From: an uncultured Planctomycetales bacterium
Lineage (GTDB): Bacteria > Planctomycetota > SBBH01
Direction: 5' to 3'
Length of the DNA stretch: 64,000 nucleotides
Assembly: GCA_964455625.1 (NCBI GenBank)
Contig: CAYVXZ010000002.1
Span: 60,949-124,948, forward strand
A program made the position numbers and the translations under genes. The notes beneath the pieces are model-generated. The model had not been told where the DNA came from, did no database searches, and was given only the letters and a program-made list of their open reading frames with translations. Shown here in pieces: positions 48,228 through 58,209 of the stretch. Each line of letters opens with the position of its first letter. Within the stretch, counting starts at the first letter, position 1.

Positions 48228-49894
48228 TGCGCCGGCCGGCCGCCGGAATCGCGGCGTGGGGGGCGGCCCTGGCGCTGTTCCTGGCGGTCCCGGTCCCGAC
48301 GGCGAGCGCCGCGAAGGACAAGGACCGGAAGCGCGCGGAAAAGGCGGAAGACGAACGGATCGCGGCACTTCTCAAGGCGTTCGACCGGGAATACGCCGAC
48401 CTTCCCGAGGAGGCGGTCGACACGACGGGCGGAGTCCCCGTGGTCGACCCGGACGCCGTCGCGCGGCATCACCGCAAGACCCTCGCGATGCTGCACGGGG
48501 CGAGCCATCCTGACGTCCTGGCCCGGCTGAAGAACCTCCTGGGGACGGAGAAGAACTACTCTTCCTACGGCGACGTCTACCTGGCGATCGCGACCCTGGA
48601 CCTTCCCGAGGCGGCGGCGTTCCTGATCGAACGGTTCCGGAGCACCGGTGAGCCGGGGGACCATTTCTCGGCGAAGGCGGCCCTGGCGCGGTGCGTCCAT
48701 CCGGACGGCCTCGAATGGATCGCCGGGCAGGGGGTCTCGAAGGAAGGGGGGCTGGTGCGCCTCGGGGCGATCGACCTGGCGGGGCGCCTCGCGCTCGCCG
48801 GGGCCACGGAGCCCCTGCTCAAGATCGCCGAGAAGGGGAAGGACGTCGCGGAGGTCGCCTTCGCGCTTGCGGCCCTGGGGGAGATCGGGGACGCCCGGGC
48901 GCTCCCGTTCCTGCGGGAACGCGCGCGCCACAAGGACGACCGGATCGCGCGCGCCGCCCTGATCGCGCTCGGCCGGCTCAAGGACGCCGAATCGATCCCG
49001 TTCATCCTGGAGAGGCTCCGGAGCCGGGACTTCGAGGTCCACTACGCCGCCATCCGGGCGCTCCGGCACGCCGGGGACGTGAAGGCCGGGCTCGTCCTGG
49101 CGGAGCTCCTGTCGGCGTCGCGCGGCCGCCAGCGCGAGGACATCCTGCTGGCCCTGCGCGCGATCGCGGGGAAGGACCTGGGGTTCGATACGCGCGACTG
49201 GATCCGGCATTTCCGCAAGGCCGTCCGGGAGGCGGAGGGGGGCGCTCCGGAGGAGGGGCTCGGCGAGGCGTTCACGCCGGCGCTCGACCGGGGACTCCCG
49301 GTCTTTTACGGGGTGAAGGTGTTCTCCGAGAGGGTGACGTTCGTCCTGGACACGAGCGGCAGCATGGACCGCTATTACGGCGAGCTCACCAAGCCTGCCA
49401 AGGAAGCCGACCGGAAGAAGCTCGACGTCCTGAAGGCGGAGGTCTTCTCGGCCCTGGACGGTCTCGCTGTCCACGAGTCGAAGCGCGGGTACGAGAAGAG
49501 CCGTTTCCCGTACCCCCTGTTCCGCCTGGTGCGGTTCCACACCGCGGTCTTGCCCTGGAAGGATGATCTGTTGCCCGCCTCCCCCGAAAACGCCCACGAG
49601 GCGCGCAAGTACGTCCAGCGCCTGGAGCCGGACGGGGCCACGAACCTCTGGGGGGCATTCGATCGCGCCCTGAACGTCTCCGGTTCCCTGGCGCTTCCGG
49701 ATACCGTGATCCTGGTTTCCGACGGCGAGCCGACATCGGGTGAAACCGTGAGCCTGTCGGCGATCGTGGAGGCGGTCGCCCACTGGAACAAGATGCTCGG
49801 GGTCCGGATCCATGTGATCGGGATCGACAGCGGAAACAACGAATTCATGAAGGAGATCGCCGAGCGGAACGACGGAACGTACAAGGGGTTGTGA
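48227..49894 (+). CDS. secreted HEAT repeat plus von Willebrand factor A (VWA) domain protein
   Basis: ATG overlapping the previous stop (TGATG). Signal peptide. HEAT units (DDRIARAALIALGRL, DFEVHYAAIRALRHAG). VWA MIDAS motif VTFVLDTSGSMD ... VILVSDGEPT. Confidence 0.65.
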   Translation: MRRPAAGIAAWGAALALFLAVPVPTASAAKDKDRKRAEKAEDERIAALLKAFDREYADLPEEAVDTTGGVPVVDPDAVARHHRKTLAMLHGASHPDVLARLKNLLGTEKNYSSYGDVYLAIATLDLPEAAAFLIERFRSTGEPGDHFSAKAALARCVHPDGLEWIAGQGVSKEGGLVRLGAIDLAGRLALAGATEPLLKIAEKGKDVAEVAFALAALGEIGDARALPFLRERARHKDDRIARAALIALGRLKDAESIPFILERLRSRDFEVHYAAIRALRHAGDVKAGLVLAELLSASRGRQREDILLALRAIAGKDLGFDTRDWIRHFRKAVREAEGGAPEEGLGEAFTPALDRGLPVFYGVKVFSERVTFVLDTSGSMDRYYGELTKPAKEADRKKLDVLKAEVFSALDGLAVHESKRGYEKSRFPYPLFRLVRFHTAVLPWKDDLLPASPENAHEARKYVQRLEPDGATNLWGAFDRALNVSGSLALPDTVILVSDGEPTSGETVSLSAIVEAVAHWNKMLGVRIHVIGIDSGNNEFMKEIAERNDGTYKGL

Positions 49895-50209
49895 TGTCAA
49901 GTTTTCTGCGTTTCTCGATCTCGCTTATAAACTAGATCGCATATAACATTTTAAATTAAAGGAGATGTGATTTTATATTTCTTCCGGTCACCTGGAAGCC
50001 GATTTCAACATGCACTTGTCAAGGGCTTGCACTTGACAAAATAAAACATCACAAATCTTTTATTTAAACGTTTTAAAGTGTCAAAAGACTCCGCCGCTTG
50101 ATTTGACACCCCTTCGACCAGAGGGTAGACTGACACGTCTTCCGAGGGGGGCTACAGAGGTTGTCCGGAACCGGGCTCGCGAGACGGTTCGATACGGAAA
50201 GGGGTCGTC

Positions 50210-51985
50210 TTGCCGCGTATTCCGGATTCGGTCGTTGCCGAGATCCAGCAGGCGACGGATCTCGTCGAGCTCCTGACCCCTCACGTCCAGCTCAAGAAGG
50301 CGGGGCGCACGTTCAAGGGGCTCTGCCCGTTCCACCAGGAGAAGACCCCCTCGTTCCATGTCGATCCGGTCCGCGGGTTCTACCATTGCTTCGGGTGCGG
50401 GGCCGGCGGAAGCGCCTTCACGTGGGTCATGAAGCAGGAGGGGATCTCCTTTCCGGAGGCGGTGCGCCGCCTCGCCGAGAAGGCCGGGATCCGGGTTCCC
50501 GAGGAGGATCCCCGAGAGGCATCCGGAGCGGCCGAGCGCGACGGGGTCCTGTCCGTCAACCGCTGGGCGATGGAGCGCTTCGAGGAGTTCCTGCGCCAGG
50601 ACGTCGGAAATCCCGCCAAGGCCTATCTCAAGGGGCGCGGCGTCGAGGGGATCACCGCGGCCCGGTTCCGCCTGGGGTTCGCCCCCGCGGGGGGCCAGCT
50701 CCTGGCCGCGGCCCGGCGCGACGGCGTGTCGCCGGAGAATCTCGAGAAGGCGGGACTCATCGGCCGCCGCGACGGGACCGCCGGGGCCGATAAGGAAAGG
50801 CCGTTCGAGATGTTCCGCAACCGCGTGATCTTCCCGATCCTGGACGCGCGCGAGCAGGTGGTCGGGTTCGGCGGCCGGACGCTGGGCGATGCCGAGCCGA
50901 AATACCTCAACACCGCGCAGAACGCCGTCTTCCACAAGGGAAAGCTCCTCTACGCCCTGCCGATGGCCCGCAAGGGGATGGGCCAGTCCCGCCAGGCGCT
51001 CGTGGTCGAGGGGTACATGGACTGTCTCATGGCCCACCAGTTCGGCGTCGACCGGTGCGTGGCGACCCTGGGGACCGCGCTCACCGAGGACCATGCCCGG
51101 TTCCTGTCGCGCCAGGTCGATCGGGCCGTCCTCCTCTTCGATCCGGACGCAGCGGGGGTCCGGGCGGCCCTGCGGAGCCTGTCTGTCTTCGCCCGCGTCC
51201 CGGTCGAACTCCGGATCGCGACGATTCCGGGGGATCTTGATCCGTGCGAATTCCTGGTGGCTCACGGGCGCGACCGCTTCCAGCAGGTCCTGGACGGGGC
51301 GGAAGGACCTGTCGCGTTCCGGATCCGCCTGGCCGCCGAGGCGGGAGACTGGGAGACCCCCGAAGGGAAGAGCCGCGTGGTGCGCGAGCTCGTGGAGTGG
51401 GCTTCAGCCTCCCCTGACGCGATCCGGCGGGAGATGCTCCTGAAGGAGATCGCGGAGCGGTCCGGCTTGAGCGAGGATCTGGTGCGCCGGGAGGCCGGCA
51501 GTCCGGCCCGCCGCCCGTCCGGGAACATGACGCGCGGGCGGATGCCGGTCCTTTCCCGCCCCGGGATGCGCGACCGGGTCCAGCGCGACCTCGTCCGCCT
51601 CCTGATGGAACCCGCCTATGCGGCGCGCCTGGCCGGCGAGCTCTCCGACGGGGATTTCGCCGACGGGCGCTACGCGGCGATCGCGGCCGAGTGCCTGGCC
51701 GCCGCCGCCGGGGGACGGCCGATCGACCCGGCGGGCGCGGCCGCCCGCGCCGAGAGCCCCGAGACGGCGGGCCTCTGGGCGGAGATCCTGTCGGTTCCGG
51801 TGGACGTCGAGGGGCAGAAGGAGCAGTGCGACACGCTGGTGCGGGAATCCCTGCAGTGGATCCGCGACGCGAAGCGGAACCGGGGACTCCAGGAGATCCG
51901 GACGCGACTGCGCGAACCGGGCACGGCGGACGTCGTCATCAACGAGGAACTGGAACGGGCCCAGGAACTGGCCCGGAAAAACTAG
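50210..51985 (+). CDS. dnaG: DNA primase DnaG
   Basis: TTG start after GGAAAGGGG. CHC2 zinc finger ([13 protein letters not shown]...HCFGCGAGG). TOPRIM region ([15 protein letters not shown]). Confidence 0.85.
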   Translation: MPRIPDSVVAEIQQATDLVELLTPHVQLKKAGRTFKGLCPFHQEKTPSFHVDPVRGFYHCFGCGAGGSAFTWVMKQEGISFPEAVRRLAEKAGIRVPEEDPREASGAAERDGVLSVNRWAMERFEEFLRQDVGNPAKAYLKGRGVEGITAARFRLGFAPAGGQLLAAARRDGVSPENLEKAGLIGRRDGTAGADKERPFEMFRNRVIFPILDAREQVVGFGGRTLGDAEPKYLNTAQNAVFHKGKLLYALPMARKGMGQSRQALVVEGYMDCLMAHQFGVDRCVATLGTALTEDHARFLSRQVDRAVLLFDPDAAGVRAALRSLSVFARVPVELRIATIPGDLDPCEFLVAHGRDRFQQVLDGAEGPVAFRIRLAAEAGDWETPEGKSRVVRELVEWASASPDAIRREMLLKEIAERSGLSEDLVRREAGSPARRPSGNMTRGRMPVLSRPGMRDRVQRDLVRLLMEPAYAARLAGELSDGDFADGRYAAIAAECLAAAAGGRPIDPAGAAARAESPETAGLWAEILSVPVDVEGQKEQCDTLVRESLQWIRDAKRNRGLQEIRTRLREPGTADVVINEELERAQELARKN

Positions 51986-52031
51986 GTCACGACGCGAAGG
52001 GCGCTTTTCGGGTCACAAGAGAGGAGGACGC

Positions 52032-53789
52032 GTGCAGCCACAGGATTCGAGGACGGACAAGGTCGAGCAGGCCCGCACCATGGAAGAGGCGATGAAGATC
52101 ATCCTCCAGCGGGGGGCCACCAAGGGATTCCTGACCTACAAGGAAGTGAACGACATCCTTCCGGAGGATCTCTCGAGCCCGGACAAGATCGACGAGATCC
52201 TGATGACACTCGACGAGAAGGGGATCGACCTCGTCGATGACGTCGAGGAGCAGCTTCCCGCCGAGGAAGAGCCGGTCGCCGCGCGCCCCTTCGAGGAGGA
52301 GGAGCCCGGGTTCGTCGAGGAGGAGGACCTCGGGCGGGTGGACGACCCGGTCCGGATGTACCTCGTCCAGATGGGCGAGATCCCCCTCCTGACGCGCGAG
52401 CAGGAGCTGTCGCTGGCGAAGACCATCGACAATTCGCGCACCGCCTTCCGGCGCCTGACGTTGCAGGTGGAGCCGTCGATCGAGAACGCGACGAACATCC
52501 TCCAGAAGGTGATCGACGGGCGGCTTCCGGTCGACCGCACCGTGAAGGTGACGGAGGCGGGCGAGTCCCGGAAGACCCGGGTGCTTCGGCAGCTTCCGGT
52601 CGCGGTCTCGCAGCTGCGCAAGTTCCTCGAGGCCAACCGTTCCGACTACGCGCGGATCGCGAAGCGCTCCGGCGCCCGGACCGCCAGGGCGCGCCTGCGC
52701 CAGAACATCCGCGACCGGCGCAACAAGGCGGTCGCGATCCTCGAGGACATCTCGATCCAGATGAAGAATTTCGAGCCGATGGTGCGCTCGCTCATCGACC
52801 GGCGCGATGCCCTCGTGAAGGCGCAGCGCGAGATGAAGCGCAAGCGCAAGGGATCCAACGCCTGGAACGAGGCGAACGCCTGTCTCGACAAGACCGTCGG
52901 CGACATGCAGGAGGACGCGCTCCACTTCAAGCGCCGCGTGATGCTGATCGAGAAGCGCTACGACCAGTACGAGCAGGCCAAGCGCAAGCTCTCGAGCGGC
53001 AACCTGCGTCTCGTGGTCTCGATCGCGAAGAAATACCGCAACCGCGGGCTCTCCTTCCTTGACCTCATCCAGGAAGGGAACACCGGGCTCATGCGCGCCG
53101 TCGAGAAGTTCGAGTACAAGCGCGGCTACAAGTTCAGCACGTACGCCACGTGGTGGATCCGGCAGGCGATCACGCGCGCGATCGCGGACCAGGCCCGGAC
53201 GATCCGGATCCCGGTCCACATGATCGAGACGATGAGCCGCCTGCGGAACATCTCGAAGAACCTGACCCAGAAGCTCGGGCGGCGGCCCACCACCGAGGAG
53301 ATCGCCAAGCACGCCAGGCTCTCCATCGACGAGGCGCAGCGGGTGCTGCGCACGGCGAAGAATCCGATCTCGCTCGACCGCCCCGTGGGGGAGTCCGAGG
53401 ACAGCTACTTCGGGGACTTCATCGAGGACAACCGCGCCGAGAATCCGATCAGCGCCGCCTCCAACGAGATGCTGAAGGACAAGATCGACGATGTCCTCTC
53501 GACCTTGAGCTACCGCGAGCGGGAGATCATCAAGCTCCGCTACGGTCTCGGGGACGGATACACCTACACGCTGGAAGAGGTCGGCCGGATCTTCAAGGTG
53601 ACGCGCGAGCGCGTCCGCCAGATCGAGGCGAAGGCGGTCCGCAAGCTCCAGCACCCGATCCGGGCCCGCCAGCTCGAGGGGTTCCTCGAGGGGCTCTTGA
53701 GCGGGGCGATGGCGGCGAGCCTCAATCCCGCGCCGGCCGGCGGCACGCCGCCGCCGGTCCCGCCGCTCGCCGCGGAAGCGGGGAAATGA
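52032..53789 (+). CDS. rpoD: RNA polymerase sigma-70 factor RpoD
   Basis: Track ORF trimmed to GTG at 52032 preceded by AGAGGAGGA. Regions 1.1-4.2 present ([65 protein letters not shown], sigma-70 r4 [23 protein letters not shown]). Confidence 0.9.
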   Translation: MQPQDSRTDKVEQARTMEEAMKIILQRGATKGFLTYKEVNDILPEDLSSPDKIDEILMTLDEKGIDLVDDVEEQLPAEEEPVAARPFEEEEPGFVEEEDLGRVDDPVRMYLVQMGEIPLLTREQELSLAKTIDNSRTAFRRLTLQVEPSIENATNILQKVIDGRLPVDRTVKVTEAGESRKTRVLRQLPVAVSQLRKFLEANRSDYARIAKRSGARTARARLRQNIRDRRNKAVAILEDISIQMKNFEPMVRSLIDRRDALVKAQREMKRKRKGSNAWNEANACLDKTVGDMQEDALHFKRRVMLIEKRYDQYEQAKRKLSSGNLRLVVSIAKKYRNRGLSFLDLIQEGNTGLMRAVEKFEYKRGYKFSTYATWWIRQAITRAIADQARTIRIPVHMIETMSRLRNISKNLTQKLGRRPTTEEIAKHARLSIDEAQRVLRTAKNPISLDRPVGESEDSYFGDFIEDNRAENPISAASNEMLKDKIDDVLSTLSYREREIIKLRYGLGDGYTYTLEEVGRIFKVTRERVRQIEAKAVRKLQHPIRARQLEGFLEGLLSGAMAASLNPAPAGGTPPPVPPLAAEAGK

Positions 53790-54556
53790 GGTTTCGGGGA
53801 ACCTTCCTGCCGGTCCTGGGCATCGCCGCGGCTCTCGCCGCGGCGATGCCGTTTCATGCCGTCGCCGACACGACGGGGGAGAAGGTCCGCGCCGTCGTGG
53901 CCCGGCACAAGGCGGCGTTCGCGCGCGTCTCGATGGTCCTCGAGATGAAGGCGGCCGCCGGCGGCCGCAGCCTCGACGCCGAGGAGGTCTCGATCGAGCT
54001 CACGGCGGCGGCGGTGGACGCGGAGGGGTTGTTCCTCTGCGCGGATTTCGCGGGCCTCATGGCGGGCCAGGCCGGCGCGGACGGGGTCGCGCTCCAGCTC
54101 GAGATCCGGTCGTGCAAGATCGTCCTGCCGGACGGCCGGGAGTTCCCCGCCCGGGCCGAGTGCCGGGACGACGAGACGCACCTCCTGTTCCTGCGCGCCG
54201 AGGCGCTCGCGGGGAAGGTCGCGCCGCTCCCGGCGGGCGGGGGGCGGATCGACGTCGGGGATGCGATCGTGATCATGGATCTCCTCTCGAACCGGTATCC
54301 GGAGCCGTGCGCGCGTCTGGCGCGGGTCAATTTCCGCTTCGACAGGCCTTTCCTGATGTTCCGCTACGACGACCGGGAGCCGGAGCCGGGCCAGGCGGCG
54401 TTCGACCTGGACGGGAATTTCGTCGGCGTGACGTCCCTTTTCCGGGAGACCGGGGCGGGAGGCGGGGAGTATCACGTCGTGATCCCCGCCGAGCGGGTGA
54501 AGGCGCTCCAGGCAAACGCGAAGGTTCCCCGGGTCCCTGTGGTGAAGCCCGAATAG
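53786..54556 (+). CDS. hypothetical secreted protein
   Basis: ATG overlapping the rpoD stop (ATGA). Signal peptide [27 protein letters not shown]. 256 aa. No family recognised. Confidence 0.5.
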   Translation: MRFRGTFLPVLGIAAALAAAMPFHAVADTTGEKVRAVVARHKAAFARVSMVLEMKAAAGGRSLDAEEVSIELTAAAVDAEGLFLCADFAGLMAGQAGADGVALQLEIRSCKIVLPDGREFPARAECRDDETHLLFLRAEALAGKVAPLPAGGGRIDVGDAIVIMDLLSNRYPEPCARLARVNFRFDRPFLMFRYDDREPEPGQAAFDLDGNFVGVTSLFRETGAGGGEYHVVIPAERVKALQANAKVPRVPVVKPE

Positions 54557-54565
54557 GCCGCGCTT

Positions 54566-55033
54566 TCAGCGCTCCGGCAGGTCCCTTGCGCCGTCGGCCG
54601 GTACGGTGTTCTCCGCTTTCGCCCTTTTGCTCAAGGTCTCGAGTTCCTTGATCACCTTTTCCGCGGCGTCGGGCGGGAAGCAGGACGCGATCAGTTCGGG
54701 TCCCTTGGGCGTGCGTTTCACGAGATCCACGCCTCCGACTCCGTCCGCGCCGTTGGGCACGGTGTCATATGTGATTCCGATGGTCTTTCCCGCTCCTGCA
54801 GCGTTGAGTTCATCAACGATAAACTCCGACGCGCAGGGTTTGAGGCCGGTCGCGATGATCTCATGCTTCGTGTCCTTGGCTTTTTCGTCGGGAATAGTCC
54901 TGTAACACGTTCTTCCGTCGTGTCTCGCGGTCTTGATGATCGAGACCATGCCGGTGGCGGCCATCACGCCGGCCGTCCAGACCGCCAGGCCCGCCAGGAT
55001 CACGCCCGTCCGGATTCTCCATCCCTTGTCCAC
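54566..55033 (-). CDS. small N-terminally membrane-anchored protein, paralog a (no internal stop)
   Basis: AAGGAGG then 6 nt then GTG at 55033. N-terminus WRIRTGVILAGLAVWTAGVMAATG resembles the hydrophobic N-termini of the two TGA-interrupted genes at 57233-58119. Confidence 0.45.
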   Translation of the reverse strand: MDKGWRIRTGVILAGLAVWTAGVMAATGMVSIIKTARHDGRTCYRTIPDEKAKDTKHEIIATGLKPCASEFIVDELNAAGAGKTIGITYDTVPNGADGVGGVDLVKRTPKGPELIASCFPPDAAEKVIKELETLSKRAKAENTVPADGARDLPER

Positions 55034-55122
55034 GCTCGCCTCCTTTTTGACCGCCCCCGCGATTCTCCGACGCTTCCCGAAGCCGGTCTGATTCGGGGAT
55101 TCCGGAGGCAACGGGGGAGAAG

Positions 55123-55818
55123 TCAGCTCTGGACAAGGCGCCGGACGAAATCCGAGAGCGAGGACGCCCGGGGTTGGGGGTGCCCGGTCCAGAGGTCGCC
55201 CGGATCCAGGGTCCAGCCGGCGAGCCCCGCAGCGGCGGCCGCCTCCGCATCGATCCAGGGGAGGTCGCCGATGTGCACCGCCTCTTCCGGGGTGACCTTC
55301 GCCTGCCGGCAGGCGAGATGGAAGATCTCCCGGGAGGGTTTCTCGACTCCGACGACGTGGGAATCGATCGCCACGTCGAAAAGGGGCGCGAGGCCCGCCG
55401 CGGAGAGGAGCCCCGCCAGGCTTCCGTCGGCGTTCGAGATGATCCCCAGGCGGAACCCGGCCGCGCGCAGGGCCCGCGCGGCATCCGCCGCTTCGGCATC
55501 CGCTTGCGCGTAGGGGTGGACGCGCTTGCGTTGTTCCTGGATCCTCGCCCAGAACGCATCCGGATCGACCCGACCTGCCGGGTCCGCCTCGCGGAGGATC
55601 GCGTCCCGGTAGAAGCGGATCGTCGCGGGATCCTCCGTGCTGCGACCCGCGCGCAGGTGGCGGTCCAGGTGGACGCGGGCGCGGTGCTCCGCGTTCCGGA
55701 CATCCGCGGGGGCGGCAGGAAGCCCGAGCCCCGCGAGGATCGCTGCGAGCACGGCATAGTCCTGGGTCAGGAGGGTGTTCCCCGCGTCGAAAAAGACCGC
55801 CTTGACCGCGCTTCTCAT
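55123..55818 (-). CDS. HAD-superfamily hydrolase
   Basis: VFFDAGNTLL (DxG/D motif I). ISNADG and GD-type motifs. 231 aa. Confidence 0.7.
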   Translation of the reverse strand: MRSAVKAVFFDAGNTLLTQDYAVLAAILAGLGLPAAPADVRNAEHRARVHLDRHLRAGRSTEDPATIRFYRDAILREADPAGRVDPDAFWARIQEQRKRVHPYAQADAEAADAARALRAAGFRLGIISNADGSLAGLLSAAGLAPLFDVAIDSHVVGVEKPSREIFHLACRQAKVTPEEAVHIGDLPWIDAEAAAAAGLAGWTLDPGDLWTGHPQPRASSLSDFVRRLVQS

Positions 55819-57179
55819 CGCAGGACCTTGAGCCGCTCCCGCGCTTCCCGCCCGTAGGGAGTCTCGGGTCCGGCTGCCTCGGCGCGACGGTAATGGCGGA
55901 TCGCCTCCTCGCGCTTTCCTTCCTGTTCCGAGATGCGTCCGAGGTAGTAGTAGGGGCCCGGGTGGACCGTGTAGAGGGAGGCAGCCTTCGCGAACGCCTC
56001 GCGCGCCCCGGGGAGGCCGCCGTCCGAGAAGCGGTGGATCCCCAGGTGGAAAAGCGGCTCGAACAGCTCGCCGTCCAGCTCCACGGCACGCGCGAGCGCC
56101 TGTCCGGCCGCCTCGGCGTTCCCCTGGAGGAGGAAGAGAAGCCCGCGGGAGGCGTGGAACGGGGCCTGATCGGATTTCATGCGGATCGCGTCGTCGAAGG
56201 CTGAGTGCGCGATTCCGGCCGCCTGTCTCCCTTCCGGCGACTGGATCTCCTGCTTCCGGCCGGCGAGCGGGGCCATCGCCGCGAGCCCCTCCGCGTGGCG
56301 GGCGTACGCCTTCTGGGCCTCGCGCAGGGAGGCGGTCGCAGCCTGGAACCGGTCGGCGTGCGTCGCATAGCCGGCGTCAAGATCCTGGCCGGCGAACCGC
56401 TTCGCGATCCACTCGCGGGCGCCGGCGATCCGGTCGTCGGACGGGGGATGGCTGTGAAAGAGCGCCTCGAACGCCTTGGGGTCCTTCTTCTGGAGGGATT
56501 TCAGAACCTCCTGGACGCGGATCATCCCGCGCGGATCCCAGCCGGCCTTGGCGGCGTATTTCATGCCCAGCGTGTCCGACTGGATCTCGTCGTCGCGGCT
56601 GTACTTCATCCGGAGCGCCATGGCGCCGACCCGCGCGGCCCCCGCGATCTCGTCCACGCCCACGAGGTCGGGGTTTTTCGCCTGGAGGACGACGGCGCCC
56701 AGGCGGATCAGGATCTCCATTCCCGTCGCTGACTGCATGTGGTGGACGCCGTGGCGCGCGGCGACGTGACCGATCTCGTGCCCGATCACGGCGGCGAGCT
56801 CCGCCTCGTCCGAGAGGCGCGCGAGGATCCCGCGCGTCACGAAGATCTGCCCGCCGGGAAGCGCGAAGGCGTTCACCTCCGGGCTGTTGAGAAGATGGAA
56901 GGCGTAGCGGAACGATCCGTCCTCCGGCGGGATGAAGGGGCGGTCGGACGCCGCGACGAGCTTCTGGCCGATTCCGTCGACGTAGGCGGCAAGCGCCGCG
57001 TCCCGGAAGAGTCCCCCGGACTCCTGGATGATCGAGGGGGCGGCCTGCCGCCCGAGGTTGATCTCCTGCCGGTCGGAGTAGAGCGAGATCTCGGTGCGTC
57101 CCGTGGCGGGATTGCGGGCCAGGCATCCGGCGGCGAGAAAGGAGGCTGCGGCGCAAAAAAGAATCCCCGGGCGGTCCAC
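55815..57179 (-). CDS. M48-family Zn metalloprotease with TPR region (BepA/YfgC-like), lipoprotein
   Basis: Lipobox LAAGC. HEIGHVAARH zinc-binding HExxH. C-terminal TPR-like repeats (YYYLGRISEQEGKREEAIRHYRRA). Confidence 0.75.
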   Translation of the reverse strand: MDRPGILFCAAASFLAAGCLARNPATGRTEISLYSDRQEINLGRQAAPSIIQESGGLFRDAALAAYVDGIGQKLVAASDRPFIPPEDGSFRYAFHLLNSPEVNAFALPGGQIFVTRGILARLSDEAELAAVIGHEIGHVAARHGVHHMQSATGMEILIRLGAVVLQAKNPDLVGVDEIAGAARVGAMALRMKYSRDDEIQSDTLGMKYAAKAGWDPRGMIRVQEVLKSLQKKDPKAFEALFHSHPPSDDRIAGAREWIAKRFAGQDLDAGYATHADRFQAATASLREAQKAYARHAEGLAAMAPLAGRKQEIQSPEGRQAAGIAHSAFDDAIRMKSDQAPFHASRGLLFLLQGNAEAAGQALARAVELDGELFEPLFHLGIHRFSDGGLPGAREAFAKAASLYTVHPGPYYYLGRISEQEGKREEAIRHYRRAEAAGPETPYGREARERLKVLR

Positions 57180-57232
57180 GCCCGGGGATTCTAGCCCTTC
57201 CGTCGCGCCTCGACGAGGCGCCCGGATTACTT

Positions 57233-57637
57233 TCAGGTGCCGCCAGGCGCGGCGTCGTCGTCCTGGGTATCGTCGACAGGGGCGGTGTTCCCCGTGCCGG
57301 CCCCGGGTTTCGCCTGCCCGTTCAGTTCCTTGACCTTCACGTCGGCCTTGGAGCGGGGGACCCCGGACTCGATCACCTCCATCTCCATCTTCTTGGCCTT
57401 GTCACCCTGCTTTTCCTGGGCCTTGATCATGCTCTGCTTGAGCTGGTCCACCGCGTCGTCGGGAACGGCCATGTACTTCACGTTCTCGCCGGTGGTGACC
57501 TTGACGATCGAGGTCTTCTGGTTCGGGTCCGCACGGGACCCGCCCCTGGGGCCTCAACCGGCGATCGCGTCGCCGGCCGTCCAGCTCAACAGTCCCGCCA
57601 GAATCGCGCCTGTCCAGGCGCCCGTCTTCGTGCGCAT
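57233..57637 (-). CDS. small secreted/membrane-anchored protein, paralog b, interrupted by one in-frame TGA at 57556-57554 (candidate recoding; may instead be two ORFs)
   Basis: GGGAGGTG SD then ATG at 57637. MRTKTGAWTGAILAGLLSWTAGDAIAG-TGA-GPRGGSRADPNQK...MAVPDDAVDQLK... Track ORF 57233..57481 is in the same frame as the upstream peptide. Confidence 0.4.
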
Positions 57638-57663
57638 ACGCACCTCCCTGGTTGCGGGGGCGG

Positions 57664-58119
57664 CTACGAGCCGCCCTCCTTGTCCTTTTTCGCCTCCGCT
57701 TTTTTTCGTTTCTTCTCGATCTTCTCGGTCAGCTGGGCCGCGAATTCGTCGGCTTTCTCGCGGGTGCATTCCGTGGCCTTGACCGTCGCCCTGCTCTTGA
57801 CCGGCTTCTCGCCCCGTTCGGATTCCGAGGTGCCCTTCCAGGTCTCGAGATCCTTCTCGTAGGTATCCAGGAGTTTTTTCTTGTAGTCGCCGAACTCGCT
57901 TCCGCGCATGACCGTGTAGGTCTCGGAGAGCGCGACACCGGTCTTTTCGGTCTCGACGACGATGTAATCCCGGGATTCCTTCTGGCCGCTCCCGCCGCGT
58001 CCGCCGGGACCCCCGCCGGGGATCCCGCCGCCGCCGCGGGGGCCTCACCCGGCCTGGAGCCGCGAGGCCAGGGAAACGATCAGGATCAGGGAACCCGCTG
58101 CCAGCGCGAAACGTCTCAT
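57664..58119 (-). CDS. small secreted protein, paralog c, interrupted by one in-frame TGA at 58047-58045 (candidate recoding; may instead be two ORFs)
   Basis: GGGAGGTG SD then ATG at 58119. MRRFALAAGSLILIVSLASRLQAG-TGA-GPRGGGGIPGGGPGG...KLLDTYEKDLETWKG... Same GCCGGNTGAGGCCCC context as paralog b. Confidence 0.4.
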
Positions 58120-58209
58120 CGGCACCTCCCGCGCGGCCCGTCCCGATGGCCGCTTAATCATTATACGCCCCATCCTGCATTTGGTTTCTTCCGTGTCTAT
58201 AGTGACGGG

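Noticed and set aside
57554-58047. Alternative genetic code (UGA as sense codon genome-wide) to explain the two in-frame TGAs
   Set aside because: TGA is used as an ordinary stop by several confidently called genes in the window (rpoD, response regulator 47059..47448, paralog 2-3 junction). Any recoding would have to be site-specific.
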